DNA of 64,000 bases, from contig NC_086098.1 of assembly GCF_963921235.1 (NCBI RefSeq), positions 8,246,001 through 8,310,000 on the forward strand. Reading direction: 5' to 3'. The stretch is from Mobula hypostoma (taxonomy: Eukaryota). Of this stretch, positions 49,141 through 62,536 are shown piece after piece (position 1 is the first letter of the stretch; the number at the start of each line of letters is the position of its first letter). The translations under genes were made by a program, and so were the position numbers. Below the pieces are notes generated by a model, which was given only the letters and a program-made list of their open reading frames with translations, was not told the DNA's origin and ran no database searches.

Positions 49141-49933
49141 GCCTATGCCCTCCTGTCACCTGGCCCAGTCAATAAAGTAGACCATTCTAGATTCAATTCC
49201 CTATCTGGATTCTATTTTACTAAACTTTAATTTCCTTATCCTACATGAGACTGAAGATCCCTGCTTTAGTAATAGGAATCATCTTGGCAGTGAATTGTAT
49301 TAAAAGCAAGAAAGGCTGGTAACATTCTGGTCATAATGTGTTGGTTGTTGGATAATAAATATGCCATTTTAAATTGTAGAAATATGAATATTTATGATTA
49401 TAGGTATGCAATAATCCTTCAAGTTTTATTGACATTACAATTCATCCCAGCTGGATTCCATAATTATATTCTATTTTACATTATAAATCCATAGATTATA
49501 AGACACAGAAGGAGAATTAAGCCATTCGCCCTATCAAGTCTGCTCCGCCATTCCATCATAGTTGATTTATTATCCCATTTCAACCCCAGTCCTTTGCCTT
49601 CCTCCTGTAACCTTTGACACCTTGACTAATCAAGAATGTTTCAACCTCTGTTTAAAGGATAACTAATGACAGCCATCTACAGCAATGTGAATTCCACAGA
49701 TCCACCACACGCTGGCTAAAGAAGGTGGTGAAAGGTGTCTATTTTATTAAGGCATTATGAGTAGTTCAATTTTTCTGGGAATAGGAATCCTTTTGGTATT
49801 GAATGGTATTAGAAGCATTCTAGAAGATATCATTGTGTTCATACTGTATTGGTTGTTGAATAATCTTTTCATTTTACCCACTATATTGTAGAAAAATAAA
49901 TGAAAAGTTATTATGATTATAGATTTACAATAA

Positions 49934-51060
49934 TCAAGTCAAGTCACTTTTTATTGTCATTTTGACCATAACTGCTGGTAGAGTACACAGTAAAAACAAA
50001 ACAATGACTACATAAAACAACACAAAAACTACACTAGACTACAGATCTACCCAGGACTGCATAAAGTGCACAAAACAGTGCAGGCATTACAATAAATAAT
50101 AAACAAGACAATAGGCACAGTAGAGGGCAGTAGGTTGGTGTCAGTGCAGGCTCTGGGTATTGAGGAGTCTGATGGCTTGGGGGAAGAAACTGTTACATAG
50201 TCTGGTTGTGAGAGCCCAAATGCTTCTCTGCCTTTTTCCAGATGGCAGGAGGGTGAAGAGTTTGTATGAGGGGTGCGTGGGGTCCTTCATAATGCTGTTT
50301 GCTTTGCGGATGCAGCATGTGGTGTAAATGTCTGTAATGGCAGGAAGAGAGACCCTGATGATCTTCTCAGCTAACCTCACTATTCGCTGCAGGGTCTTGC
50401 GATCTGAGATGGTGAAATTCCCGAACCAGTCAATGATGCAGCTGCTCAGGATGCTCTCAATACAACCTCTGTCGAATGTGGTGAGGATGGGGGGTGGGAG
50501 ATGGACTTTTCTCAGCCTTCGCAGAAAGTAGAGACGCTGTTGGGCTTTCTTTGCTATGGAGCTGGTGTTGAGGGACCAGGTGAGATTCTCCGCCAGGCGA
50601 ACACCAAGAAAATTGGGGCTCTTAACGACCCCTATGGAGGAGTCATCAATGTTCAGCGGAAAGTGGTCGCTCCTGAAGTCAACAACCATCTCTTTTGTTT
50701 TGTTCACATTCAGAGACAGGTTGTTGGCTCTGCACCAGTCCGTTAGCCGCTGCACCTCCTCTCTCTATGCTGACTCATCGTTCTTGCTGATGAGACCCAC
50801 CACAGTCGTGTCATCGGCGAACTTGATGATGTGGTTCGAGCTGTATGTTGTAGCACAGTCGTGGGTCAGCAGAGTGAACAGCAGTGGACTGAGCACACAG
50901 CCCTGGGGGGCCCCCGTGCTCAGTGTGATGGTGTTGGAGAAGCTGCTTCCAATCCGGATTGACTGAGGTCTCCCAGTCAGGAAGTCTAGGATCCAGTTGC
51001 AGAGGGATGTGTTCAGGCCCAGCAGGCTCAGCTTTCCAATCAGTTTCTGAGGAATGATTC
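49934..51060 (-). mobile_element. Rex1/Babar LINE, 5'-truncated, little decayed
   Basis: [57 protein letters not shown]; (GACTT)n tail. Confidence 0.92.
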
Positions 51061-51126
51061 ATGTTTTAGTGACATTATGAGATCATAATTATATTCTCTT
51101 TCATTGTTCAATCTTTGTTTATTTTC

Positions 51127-51599
51127 TGATCCGTAGGGTTCTTCCGGGAGTCAAGAATGGTGAGCAGTCTTAATTCTTAATGATCGTTTATTTAAAGTAC
51201 AAACAAACATACAAATACTAAATAAAAAGCTGAGAAATGTAGCTAAGATGGAAGATCAGCAAAGCAGGTAAAGATAAAAGAAGTGAAGAGAATAAGATGG
51301 TGCTTCTGAAAAACCCGTCTCTTTTATAATAGAGATAAGAGGAATTCCTTAGATACAATAAACCAATCACTGGTTGCACAATTATATCACCTGTGTAATG
51401 TGCCAACACTTAGCCAATAAAAAATGAGCAAGGTGATAACCCATTAGTTTAACTATTATATCACTTTCTGAAGTAAGTTAGAATGACCACCACATATTGT
51501 GAAAAATACATGAGTTTGTTAAAAGGTAAAATTGACTAAATTATAGCTTTAGACTTACATTAATTCATCTAGGTATTAAAAACACAGTGCTTTCCAACA
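51127..51599 (-). mobile_element. LTR-like element
   Basis: Minus strand TGTTGG...TCA with ATTGG boxes, TATAAAAG and AATAAA in LTR order; no TSD found. Confidence 0.45.
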
Positions 51600-51869
51600 C
51601 AAGGCTAACAATATTGTGCTCATATTGTATTTGTTGTTGAATAATCTTTATAACATTTTACCTGCTATATCATAGACATATGAATGAAGAGTTTTTATGT
51701 TTATAAATTTACAATAATCCTTCTTGTTTTAGTGACATTATGAGATCATCCCAGAAAAGTTCCATAATTATATTCTCTTTTGTTAAATTGATGACTGGGA
51801 AAGGATACAAGCTCAGGACAATTTCCGCTTTGTCCTTGAACATAGAGGAGAGTTATACCTCACAAGGAA

Positions 51870-53045
51870 TATTGTGTTCAGATGTGGTCACCTTATTATA
51901 GGAAGGATGTGAAAGATTTACAAAAGGTGGAGAGATTTGCCTCGATGCTGCCTGGACCAGAGGGCGTATCTTATGAAGAAAGGTTGATCCCACTAGTGCT
52001 TTTCTCTTTGGAGTGAACGAGGATGGGAGGTAACTTGACAGAGGTGTACAAGAAAGATAAGAGGTATGATTAGAATGGACAGCCAGAGACTTTTTCCTAG
52101 AATGGAAGAGTCTAACACAAGAGAACATAATTTTAAGGTGATCGGAGGAAAGTATAGCGCGGATGCCAAAGGTAAGTATTCACACACGGTGGTCTGCACG
52201 GAACGCCATTCCAGGAGTGGTGGTAGAGGCAGATACATTCGGGACATTTAAGAGACTCTTAGATAGGCACATGGACGATAGAACGATACGAATTGACAAT
52301 AAACTGGACTGGTCAAAGAACACTGAGGCTGTCTACAAGAAGGGTCAGAACCGTCTCTATTTCCTGAGGAGACTGAGGTCCTTTAACATTTGCCAGACGA
52401 TGCTGAGGATGTTCTACGAGTCTGTGGTGGCCAGTGCGATCATGTTTGCTGTTGTGTGCTGGGGCAGCAGGATGAGGGTAGCAGACACCAACAGAATCAA
52501 CAATCTCATTCGTAAGGCCAGTGATGTTGTGGGGATGGAACTGAACTCTCTCACGGTGGTGTCTGAAAAGACGATGCTGTCCAAGTTGCATGCCATCTTG
52601 GTCAATGTCTCCCATCCACTACATAATGTACTGGGTGGGCACAGGAGTACATTCAGCCAGAGACTCATTCTACCGAGATGCAGCACAGAGCGTCATAGGA
52701 AGTCATTCCTGCCTGTGGCCATCAAACTTTACAACTCCTCCCTTGGAGGGTCAGACACCCTGAGCCAATAGGCTGGTCCTGGATTTATTTCATAATTTCC
52801 TGGCATAGTTTACATATTACTATTTAACTATTTATGGTTCTATTACTATTACTATTTATGGAGCAACTGTAACGAAAACCAATTCCCCCCGGGATTAATA
52901 AAGTATGACTAGGACTATGAACAATGGAGAGCTATGTAGAGGGAAGGATTAGATTGATCTTAGAGAAGGTTAAAAGGTCAGCACAACACCATTGGCCAAA
53001 GGGCCAGCACTGTTCTGTAATGCTTGCTGTTCTATGTTATATGTT
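51870..53045 (+). mobile_element. CR1 3' fragment containing a Rex1/Babar-like 3' insert (52286-52920)
   Basis: MDSQRLFPRMEE..; insert DNKLDWSKNTEAVYKKGQNRLYFLRRLRSF..SFLPVAIKLYN with AATAAA and GACTAT-like tail. Confidence 0.85.
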
Positions 53046-53129
53046 ATATGGTTCCTCAGCAATTGTCACATACACTCAGTTGCCACTTTATTAGCTAGAC
53101 CTGTACACCTGCTTGTTAATGCAAATATC

Positions 53130-56100
53130 CCTCTCCAGGGTACCGCCAGCTTGTCGTGGTAGAGAGGATTGTGTGATCACGAGAACGTTGGACTGATGCC
53201 GTATGGAGCTTAGCTCCTGCTAGGGTCTCCCATGCGGGGGAGGATCCAGACGAAGCGCGGTCCAACCAGGACCTCAACAGTGGTGCAGATGGAAGATGAT
53301 GCTAAATTAGTGTCTTTGTAATCTGAGAACTATGAGGACCACCACAATGGCTGCAAAGAGGGAGGAAGACTGCAGCAAAAGAGGGCCCCCAATCGTCTTG
53401 GTCTCCATGCCATGGGAATTTGGCCCTTTCTTTGTCCAGGACCATGTGATGGCTGCTTGTGACATGTCTCCCCACATTGAAAGTCCAATTAGCCAACTTG
53501 GACAAAGCCCTGTGGTCATCAGGAAGTGAGACAGGAGCAGGGCAGTGAAGGCTGGGATCTTCACACAGGTGGTGTGTGTTAGATACAGTGTCTTGCTCTT
53601 GGACTAAGGCAGATGGAGCTTTTCGGTAGCTGCCCCCAAGAATCAGCAGCCCTATTCGGGACCTGTTCTGCTCACCCCACATGGGGAAGGGGCTGGAAAG
53701 GTGCCCTAAAAACAGACTGCCTCTTCACTCCTGACTGGATTAGCGTGTCCAATGGCATGACCAAACTGCAGTCTGAAACAAAAAGCTTATGAATGTTGGA
53801 ACCTGGAATGGACGGACATTCATGGACAATGAAACTAGGGAGTGTCCTGAAGGACGTACTGCCATCATCTCAAGAGAGCTGAGAGGATTCCAAATTGACC
53901 TTGCCACCCTCTCTGAAACGTGATTGGCTGAGGAAGGACAATTGCAGGAGGGGAAGGGTGGATGTACCTTCTTCTGGAATGGGAAATTAGCAGATGAATC
54001 CAGAATCCACAGACTCGCCATAAGGAATACCATCAGTCACTTCTCCGAATTGCCAGTTGGCAACAATGACCATGCACCTTCAGCTCACTAATAGCCAAAT
54101 GGCCACAGCTATGAGTGCCTATGCTCTGATTCTAGACTCACCAGACAACATTAAGGAGACTTTCTACACTGACCTAGACTGCATTCTATCAGATGTTCCC
54201 AAGGAAGCTAGGGTCATTCTTCTTGGAGACTTCAGTGCTAGAGTTGGCAGGGACAGTGACTCCTGGAAAGCCACAATTGGGAAGGAAGGTGTTGGCAGCA
54301 TCAACTCCAATGGAGTGCTCTTACTCTCCAAGTGTGCTGAACATGACCTGACCATCACCAACACCCTGTTCCACCAGGGAAATGAGATGAAAACTTTGTG
54401 GATGCATCTCTATTCAAAGACTTGGCATCTTATAGATTGTGTCATTGTTCAAAGGAGGGACCGCAGAGATGTAAAGAATACAAGAGCCATGATCAGTGCT
54501 GATGATGACTGGATGGACCATGGGCTTATTCACTCACAAACAACCATCAAAATCAAGCGGAAGAGTCGAGTGCAAAAGAAGCTGAGCTGTCCCGGCCCAA
54601 AAGACACAGTGAAGGTACAACATCTCCAGGCTGCCCTTTCTGAAAGGCTCCCAAAGCAGTATCCAGCGGACATTGAAACACATGGACCACAGTGAAGAAA
54701 ACAGATACAACTTCAGGGAAAACTAAGACTGGTTTGATGAAAATGACAATGAAATAGAAAAGCTAATCAACAACAAAAGGAGAACTTTCCGTGCCTGGCA
54801 GAAGGATATCAACTGCACGACAAAAAAGAGAAGCCCACTCTGAAGCTAAGGCTCCAGTCCAGTATAGAGTAAGAGAAATAAAGAATCAGTGGTGGACTGA
54901 GAAGGTCCTAGAAATACAGCAGCTTGCTGAATCTGTTGATATCAGGGTTTCTTTATTGCCACCAAGGCAGTGTATGGCCCAAACCATCATGGCCTCAATC
55001 CCCTTCGCTCCAAAGATGGACAAAGGCTACTAAAGGATAATGATGCATTCAATTCTCGATGGAAGGAACTTTCAGGAACTACTTAATCGTAACACCACTG
55101 TTGACATTGAAGTCATCAATCAGCCCCCACAACGACACATGAAGGAGGACATGAGTAAGTCTCCTAGTGTTAAAGCGTTGCAGACAGCTTGCAAGAAATT
55201 AAGAAACAACAGAGCCACTGGGTCTGATGGTATTCCAGCAGAAATCCTCAAGGAAGGTGGCACAGATCTTCTAAATCATATCCATGACCTGCTTGTCAAG
55301 ATCTGGGACCAAGAGGAGATTCCTAGAGGCATCTCCCTCCTCTCTACAACAGGAAAGGTACTCACCGGAATTTTATGTGACGGACTTTCACCTCTGGCGG
55401 AAGATCTCCTGCCTGATTTTCAGTGTGGCTTCCGTCCAGCCAGAGGGACATCTGACATGATTTTTACAGCACATCAATTGCAGGAGAAAGCCCAGGAACA
55501 AAAACATTTGACTCTAAATATTCCTGCCCTTTGGCAGGTACTGTCCAAAATTGGGTGCCTGGAGAAATACCTCAAGATCCCGCAGCTCTTACACAATGAT
55601 ATGAGTGCAACAGAGGCTCTGAAACAGCACCTTTTAAAGGTGAGACCGGGGTCAAACAGGTGTGCATCATTTCCACAGCTCTGTTTGCCATTCTTCTTGC
55701 AACCATTGCTCACCTCACAGGCCAAAACCTCCCACAAGGAGACCAGATTCTCTATAGGTCAGATGGGGGGGGGGGGGAGTTCTTTAACCTTAACAGATTC
55801 AAGACAAAGAGCAAGGTGTCAACGATTTCCATCATGGAGCTCCAATATGCAGACAACAACACCATCGCAGCTCAGTCAGAGGAGGATCTGCAGTGCATAA
55901 TGCAGCTTTTGTCAGAGCACACAAGCTCCAGGGACTTGATCTAAACATCAAGAAAACCCAAGTCCTGCACCAACCTGCTCCAGATCAAGCTCCTAAACCT
56001 CCAACCATCCAAACTGACAACATCCCTCTGGAGAACAGTGATCATTTCCCATGCCTTGTCAGCCTTTTTTCTTCAAGAACCACCATTGACCTTGAACTGA

Positions 56101-56700
56101 ATTGCAGAATAGACAGTGCGAGTGGAGCTTTTGCCAGGCTGAGAAAGAGGGTTTCCGAAGTTCAGGATATCAAGACCGACAGTAAGCTTCTGGTCTATAA
56201 AGCTATGGTCCTCCCCTCCTTGCTATATGTCATGGACAACATAGAGCAAGCACAAAAAATCCCTAGAAACTTACCATCAAAGATGCTTCCAAAAGATTCT
56301 GAGTGTTAGCTGGAAGAACATGCGTACTAACTCCAGCATCCTGAAGGAAGCTAACACTAACTTCATAGCCACAGTTGTGACTCAACACCAATTGCAATGG
56401 GTCAGCCACATCATCCATATGCCTGACTCCTGCCTCCCTAAACAACTCCTGTTCGATCAACTCAAAGATGCAAAGTGCACTCCTGGAGGGCAGAAAAAAC
56501 ATTTCAAGAAGAATATCAAGACCCACCTGAGGAAGTGTCACATCAACCTGAATGGATGGGAGAAATCAGCACGGGATAGGGAAAGCTGGAAAAGGACTGT
56601 CTATGAGGGGACTGCACAGCTCAAAGAATACCTCCACCATGCTGCTGAGACTAAGCAACTTCAATGTGAGGAGAGACTGGGAAAGACCCAACCCTTCCCC
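53130..56700 (+). mobile_element. RTE-clade (BovB-like) LINE, near full-length, decayed
   Basis: VGTWNGRT, LSETxLAEEGQL, LGDFSARVG, WHLIDCVIV, ATGSDGIPAE, RGISLLS, QCGFRP, LQYADN, LNIKKT, GGQKKHFK. Confidence 0.9.
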
Positions 56701-56724
56701 TTCCCCTTCCCCCCGAGCCCTGCC

Positions 56725-57580
56725 TGAAGTTAGAAGCCATGCCTGAAACCCTCGCCTGCACTGCTGTCAAGTTCCATCACCAGAGCAAGATAAGGAACTG
56801 CCTATTGTTGTTTTGAACTGTCTCTGTATCCACGCCTTGGCTAGGTAGGTCTGGCCATCTGCCGCTACATTGTGGTGAGAACCGTCTCGTCTTATTCTGC
56901 ATTCTGTGTAATGAGTCCTGGCCCTACATCCTGTACCCAAGGAGGGGTCCCGGCTCTGTGTTCTGTGTATGAGTCCCAACCCTACGTCCTGTTTCCAAGG
57001 CGGGGTCCCGGCTCTGTGTTCCATGTTCCTGTCTTTCCCTTGACCAAGGCTCTGCGTTGTTGTCTCTCACTCGACCAAGTCAGGGCTTCGGGGTCTCGTC
57101 CAGTCCGACCCGCGGTCCAAGAACCTTGCCCTGTCCAAGCCACGGCTTTGTGTTCCTGTCTTGTCCATGCATCTTGTCCAGCCCAGGAGTACCTTGCCCA
57201 GCCCAGTGCTGGGGTTCCCTCGTCCTGTGCTGGGGTATCCTTGCCCTATCCGGGAGTCTCACGTCCAGTCCTGTAACCACATCATGTCCTCGCCTAGTTC
57301 CGGCGTCCGAGCCCAAGTCAAGACCCAGGTTCTGGGTCCTTATCCAGTCTCTGGCTCGGAGCCCAAGCCCAGACTCCTAGTTCCAAGTTCCGTGTCCTGG
57401 TTCCGCTACCCTAGTCGAGTCCTAGCCCAAGCCCTGTATCCTTGTCTCATCCAGGGCCTGTGTCATGTCCAGTGTCCTTTCTTCCCCACTTCTCTTGCTT
57501 AACTCTAGTCCTGTCCTGTTCCTTGTTCTTCAGTGTCTGTGTCTTGCATTTGGGTCTGCTCCCAATGCCTCCACTATGAC
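56725..57580 (+). mobile_element. LTR-like element with internal short tandem repeats; 5' end unclear
   Basis: Ends ..TGCATTTGGGTC..TATGACA; internal GGGGTCCCGGCTCTGTGTT repeats. Confidence 0.5.
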
Positions 57581-59399
57581 AAAACATCAGAATGGGAAGA
57601 CATGGGATCTAAGCAACTTTGACTATGGAATGATAGATGGTGCCAGATGGGGTGGTTTGAGTATCTCAGAATCTGATGATCTCCTGGTATTTCCACATAC
57701 AGCAAGGGTTCCCAACCTGGTGTCCATGGGCACCTTGCTAAATGGTATTAGTACACGGCATAAAAAAGTTGGGAACCCCTGTTCTAGAGTTCACAGAAAA
57801 TGGTGCAAAAAACAAAAATCAACCAGTAAGCAGCAGTTCTGTGGGTGAAAATGCCTTGAGAGGTCAGAGGAGAATAACCAGACTGGTTCAATCTGAAAGG
57901 AAGGCGGCAGTAACTCAAGTAACCATGATTTACAACAATGGTGTGGAGAAGAATATCTCTGAATGCACAGTATGTTGAACCTTGAAATGGACGGGCATCC
58001 ACGGTATCCAGGACATCTTCAAATGGCAAAAATGCCTTCACCGCCATGAAGCCAGTTCATCACTGCAGCCTGTCCAGGAGCCCGGCAGTTGCAGACCACA
58101 GCCTCAGTTCAGTGCAGAGATGAGTAAACCTCGTCGAGCAGTGAGCTGAACACCGGCCTGTCCTTTGCTTCTGGTCCAACACCCTAACATTACCAATCTG
58201 GCCCGGCTCTTAAATTGGCCAAAGCTGGGTTCGTTCCTCACTCTCGAGGCTGATTCGAGGCGGCAGATCTGAACTCTTGCGTACCTCCTATTGTCTGCAT
58301 GACTTGGTTCTCTTTGTTGTACAATGGGTGTTTGATGGCCTTCTTTTCTGAATGGGTTCATTTATTTTGTGGTTGCTTGTAAGGAGACAAATCTCCAGGT
58401 TGAGTGTATAAGGGTGAGAATCTTAAAGCCAGATTCCACAACCTATGGATTCACTTTCAAGGACTCTTCATCTCAAGATCTCAATACTTACTACTTGTTT
58501 TTATATAATTTTGTTTTTCTTTCTGTATTTGCACAGTTTGTTGTCATTTGCACATTGGTTGTTTGTCTACCTTGTGTGCAGTTTTTCCATAGATCCTATT
58601 GCGTTCCTTTGTATTTACTGTGAACACCCACAAGAAAATGATTTTCAGGGTTGTATATAGTGACATGTATCTACTTTGAAAATAAATTTACTTTGGAGTT
58701 TGCTGGGGCAGAATTTAATATCAGTAAACCATCACAAGGCAATGATGTAGGATTGATCCATTTTAGGGATCAGAGAGCAGAGACTTCAGTGAAAATACAA
58801 ACTATCTGGCAGTGCATTATAATGGTGAACTGCATTGTTTGGCATTTAAAGATTTAGTTAAAATCTGGTGTTGTTATTCTGTAGTCTTCCAAAAACAAGA
58901 GGTCTGTCAAAAAAACACGAATAAATCAATAGCTGAAATAAACTGAGACACTTGTGTTCGATACATGACACCACTCTTTTAAAAAGAATAAGGGTCTCAG
59001 CTCGAAGCATCGACTGTCTGTTCATTTCCATAGAAGCTGCCTGACCTGCTGAGTTCCTCCAGCATTTTGTGTGTAGCAACAAGTGTAAATATTCTTTATG
59101 GAATATAGAATCTCTCGTATCTATGGGATTATTCTATGGAATTGTTACTGGCTGCTTAATGCTTCTCCTGAATATTGTTCCCTGCATAATCGGCTGTTTA
59201 GAACATTAATAATCACTGGCACGACAGATCATATTAAGATTCAGATTTATTTATCATTGAGACATACATGAAATGTGACGTCTGTGAGGGCAAAGATCAG
59301 ACCCAAGGGTGTGCTGGACACAACATTCCAGCACCAACGTAACATGCTCAGCAGAACAACACAGAACACAACAAGCAACAAAACAACAACATCAAGACA

Positions 59400-59760
59400 A
59401 AGCAATACACACAAAATGCTGGAGGAATTCAGCAGACCAGGCAGCACCTATGGAAATGAAGAAACAGTCACCATTTCGTGCCGAGACTGTTCTCCAGTGT
59501 GAAGAAGGAAGGAGAAAGATGTCTGAATAAAAAGTTAGGGGGAGGGAAGCTGGAAGGTGATAGGTGAAACCAGGTGAGTGGGAAGGGTTGAGGGCTGGAG
59601 AAGAAAGAATCGGATAGGGAGGAGAGTTGACCAAAGGAGAAAGGGAAGGAAGAACGATGCCAGGGGCGAAATGATAGGCAGGTGGGAAGAGGTTAAAGGT
59701 CAGAGTAGGGAATAGAGTAAGAGGGGAAGGAGAGGGCATTTCTTTTTTACTGGAAGGGGA
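59400..59760 (-). mobile_element. PLE-derived terminal repeat
   Basis: ACACACAAAATGCTGGAGGAA..CAGGCAGCA followed by a purine-rich tract. Confidence 0.7.
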
Positions 59761-60689
59761 AATCAATACCCACACACATACACAGTCCTCTAAACCCAAC
59801 ACAGTTTTAGCTTAAACTAAGGAATGCAAAAAGATCTAGAATAATTCAGTACAAACTACCCATTGCCAACTACCATTCTTTTGTTATTAATTTACATTTT
59901 CACTAGCTGTGATAACTGTCTTTCCTTGTGAACATATTAAACTTGACTCTCCATCAGAACTACAAAGGAGTTTGACTGAATGAATATTTTGCCCTTTTGA
60001 AAAAATACAAACAACTACAGTATTTATTTATAAAACTTCTCATAATTGGCAGATAAAAGGAGTTCATGGAGGAACACTTCCTGCCTTCATGTCACTGAAC
60101 TACAAGCAGATGTATGAAATATCATTTCATAATGAAAGCACAGTTAGAACAAAGTGAAAGTATCAGTCCTTTTTGTTTGTCGTGTTATAATTGATGGTCA
60201 CTTCAGAACCTCTGCCAGCTCACGAAATGTTAGCATGGTCAAATCAAAGCTGAAGAGAGTTTCATCCTAGGCAGTGTTTAGATTTGTTGTGCATCATTTG
60301 AAAGTTTTAATGACTTTAAATATGTCCAAACTCTTGACTAAGAGCCGAGAATGATTCAAGATTGATTCAAGATCCAAGATTTTTTAATGTCACTTTCAGT
60401 ACATAGGTGTAAAGAAGAACAAAATAATTATTACTCCATGCAGCACAAAAAAAATCACTAAGATAAAAAACACAATAATAAAAAGAGAATAAATATAAAT
60501 ACATGGGGCCATGGTCAACCATGGATGTTGTGTCCTAGCTGTTTAGATATACAAGCAGGGCAGTACAATACGGAGAGCAAGCTGTTGGCCATGTAGCAGA
60601 ATCCCCCTCTCCACACATCTGATCAACCCAAAGGAACGGCAGAAACCGATACAGTTTGACACCACCGCTGTCAGAGTTCCCAGTCAGCG

Positions 60690-61420
60690 TTGAATTGAAT
60701 TGAATTGACTTTATTTCTTACATCCTTCACATACATGAAGAGTAAAAATCTTTACATTATGTTATGTCCCCGTCTAAATGTGCAATGTGCAATTTAAGGT
60801 AATTTATAATAAATAGTATGTACAACAGGACAGTCAATATAACATAGAAATATAATTGTATCAGTGTGGTGGTCTGGTGGAAGAAGCTGTCCTACAGTCT
60901 GTTAGTCCTGGCTTTTATGTTGCGGTACTGTTTCCCAGATGGTAGCAGTTTGTGGTTGGGGTGACTCAGGTCCCCAATGATACTTCAGACCCTTTTTACA
61001 CACCTGTCTCTGTAAACGTCCTGAATCATGGGAAGTTCACATCTACAGATGCGCTGGGCTGTCCGCACCACTCTCTGCAGAGTCCTGCGATTGAGGGAAG
61101 TACAGTTCCCATACCAGGCAGTGATGCAGTCAGTCAGGATGCTCTCAATTGTGCCCCTGTAGAAAGTCCTTAGGATCTGGGGACTCATGCCAAACTTCTT
61201 CAACCATCTGAGATGAAAGAGGCACTATTGTGCTTTTCTCACCACACAGCTGGTATGTACAGACCAAGTGAGATCCTCGGCAATGTGTTTGCCGAGGAAC
61301 CTAATGCTGTTCACCCTCTCAACCCCAGATCCATTGATATCAATAGCCTCCAGTCCTCCTGCAGTCCACAACCAGCTCCTTGTTTTTGCAACATTGAGGG
61401 GGAGATTGTTTTCTTGACAC
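60690..61420 (-). mobile_element. Rex1/Babar 3' fragment with (CAATT)n tail, inside another repeat (60500-61780)
   Basis: KKFGMSPQILRTFYRGTIESILTDCITAWYG; 3' UTR matches 28368-28510. Confidence 0.88.
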
Positions 61421-61889
61421 CTGTGTCAGGGCGGTCTCAACTCACTGTTGGTCTGCCTTCGAGACTCCAGCTCTGGATTTTCCCCAGGGTTTATGTTTAT
61501 TCCTGAAGCCTTCCCCGTGAGTGCATAAAACCACAAGGCAGCAGAGGTTTGAGTTTAGAGTTTTCCTCTGCAAGATGAGCTGCCAGCCACATCTGATGAG
61601 TCCCATCTGCCCGAAGTGACTGGTTTTAAGGCACCAGTGACCCGCCTTTGCTCCTTCTGATAGTAGAAACAGCTCCGCTGGGCTAAGTAGCTAAGCCACA
61701 CGCAAAGCCCAGGAGCTGGACTTGATTGTCAAAGCCTATTTGAGAGGCACACCATTGGAGGTACGTAATAGGTAGTGGAAGTTTTACCATAAATTACCCA
61801 ATTACCATAAATGTAAATGATAGCCTATATGTATACAAATTGATTGTTATGTCCATAAAGTGACACTTGGCATAGGCATGTCTGTATAG

Positions 61890-62536
61890 GAGGGAGGAGA
61901 AGATGGCGATGCGACACAGCGTGCGTGGCCGTTCCGAATGATATCGTATGTGTTAACTTGGGGCCGTGCACAATCCAGATTTAATGGAGACAGCCGTGTG
62001 AAGCACGGAGGAACATCTGGAGAAACTTCTGAAATGCCTGCTTTGCTGCCGCTGTTACTGTGCGATCGAGAATCTACAGAGACGAAGGCCCCAAATCCTC
62101 GGCTTTGTCTATCGCCTGTTGCCAGGGCCGGGGTCGAAGCGCTCAGCAGAGATGGTGCTCGGTGCTCGGTGTCGAAGAGCTGGTTGGAGGCTCCAAGTTT
62201 TTCGGACGGAGTCGGTGTTGGACTGTGGTCGGATGCTTCCAGTATGCTGCATCAGCAAGTTGGCGGCGCTGGAGGTTTACCGTCTGCGTGAGATGATGGG
62301 ACTTTCGATAGACTTTGAGACTTTTACCGTGCCATGGTCTGTTCTTATCAAGTTACGGTATTGCTTTGCACTGTTGTAACTATATGTTATAATTATGTGG
62401 TTTTTGTTAGTTTTTAAGTCGGTTTGTCATGTGTTTCTGTGATATCATTCTGGAAAAACATTGTATCATTTTTTAATGCATGCGTTACTAAATGACAATA
62501 AAAGAGGACTGCGTGTCCTCATAATCTAATCTAATA
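61890..62536 (+). mobile_element. 'AAGATGGC-head' non-autonomous element, copy 3; possible TSD TGTATAG
   Basis: GGAGAAGATGGCG head; (TCTAA)n tail; TGTATAG at 61883-61889 and 62537-62543. Confidence 0.85.

Larger units (their letters stand above)
53071..57995 (+). mobile_element. Tc1-like remnant (53071-53129 and 57581-57995) hosting RTE, LTR-like and MITE insertions
   Basis: TIR TACACTCAGTTGCCACTTTATTAG; DLSNFDYGMIDGARWGGLSISESDDLL. Confidence 0.75.

Noticed and set aside
52163..52771. 202-aa and similar ORFs (24378-24962, 50141-50755) as host genes
   Set aside because: They are C-termini of Rex1/Babar-type LINE ORFs, fused by chance to flanking repeats.
53130..53290. HDV-like or twister ribozyme at the RTE 5' end
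   Set aside because: Only a short GGAGC-TTA-GCTCC hairpin is visible; I could not build the required pseudoknots by eye.
56872..57502. Overlapping Pro/Ser/Cys-rich ORFs
   Set aside because: Low-complexity by-products of LTR-like internal repeats.
61590..61620. Hammerhead-like CTGATGAG...CGAAG
   Set aside because: Stem II does not pair, it has GAAG rather than GAAA, and no stem I is evident.
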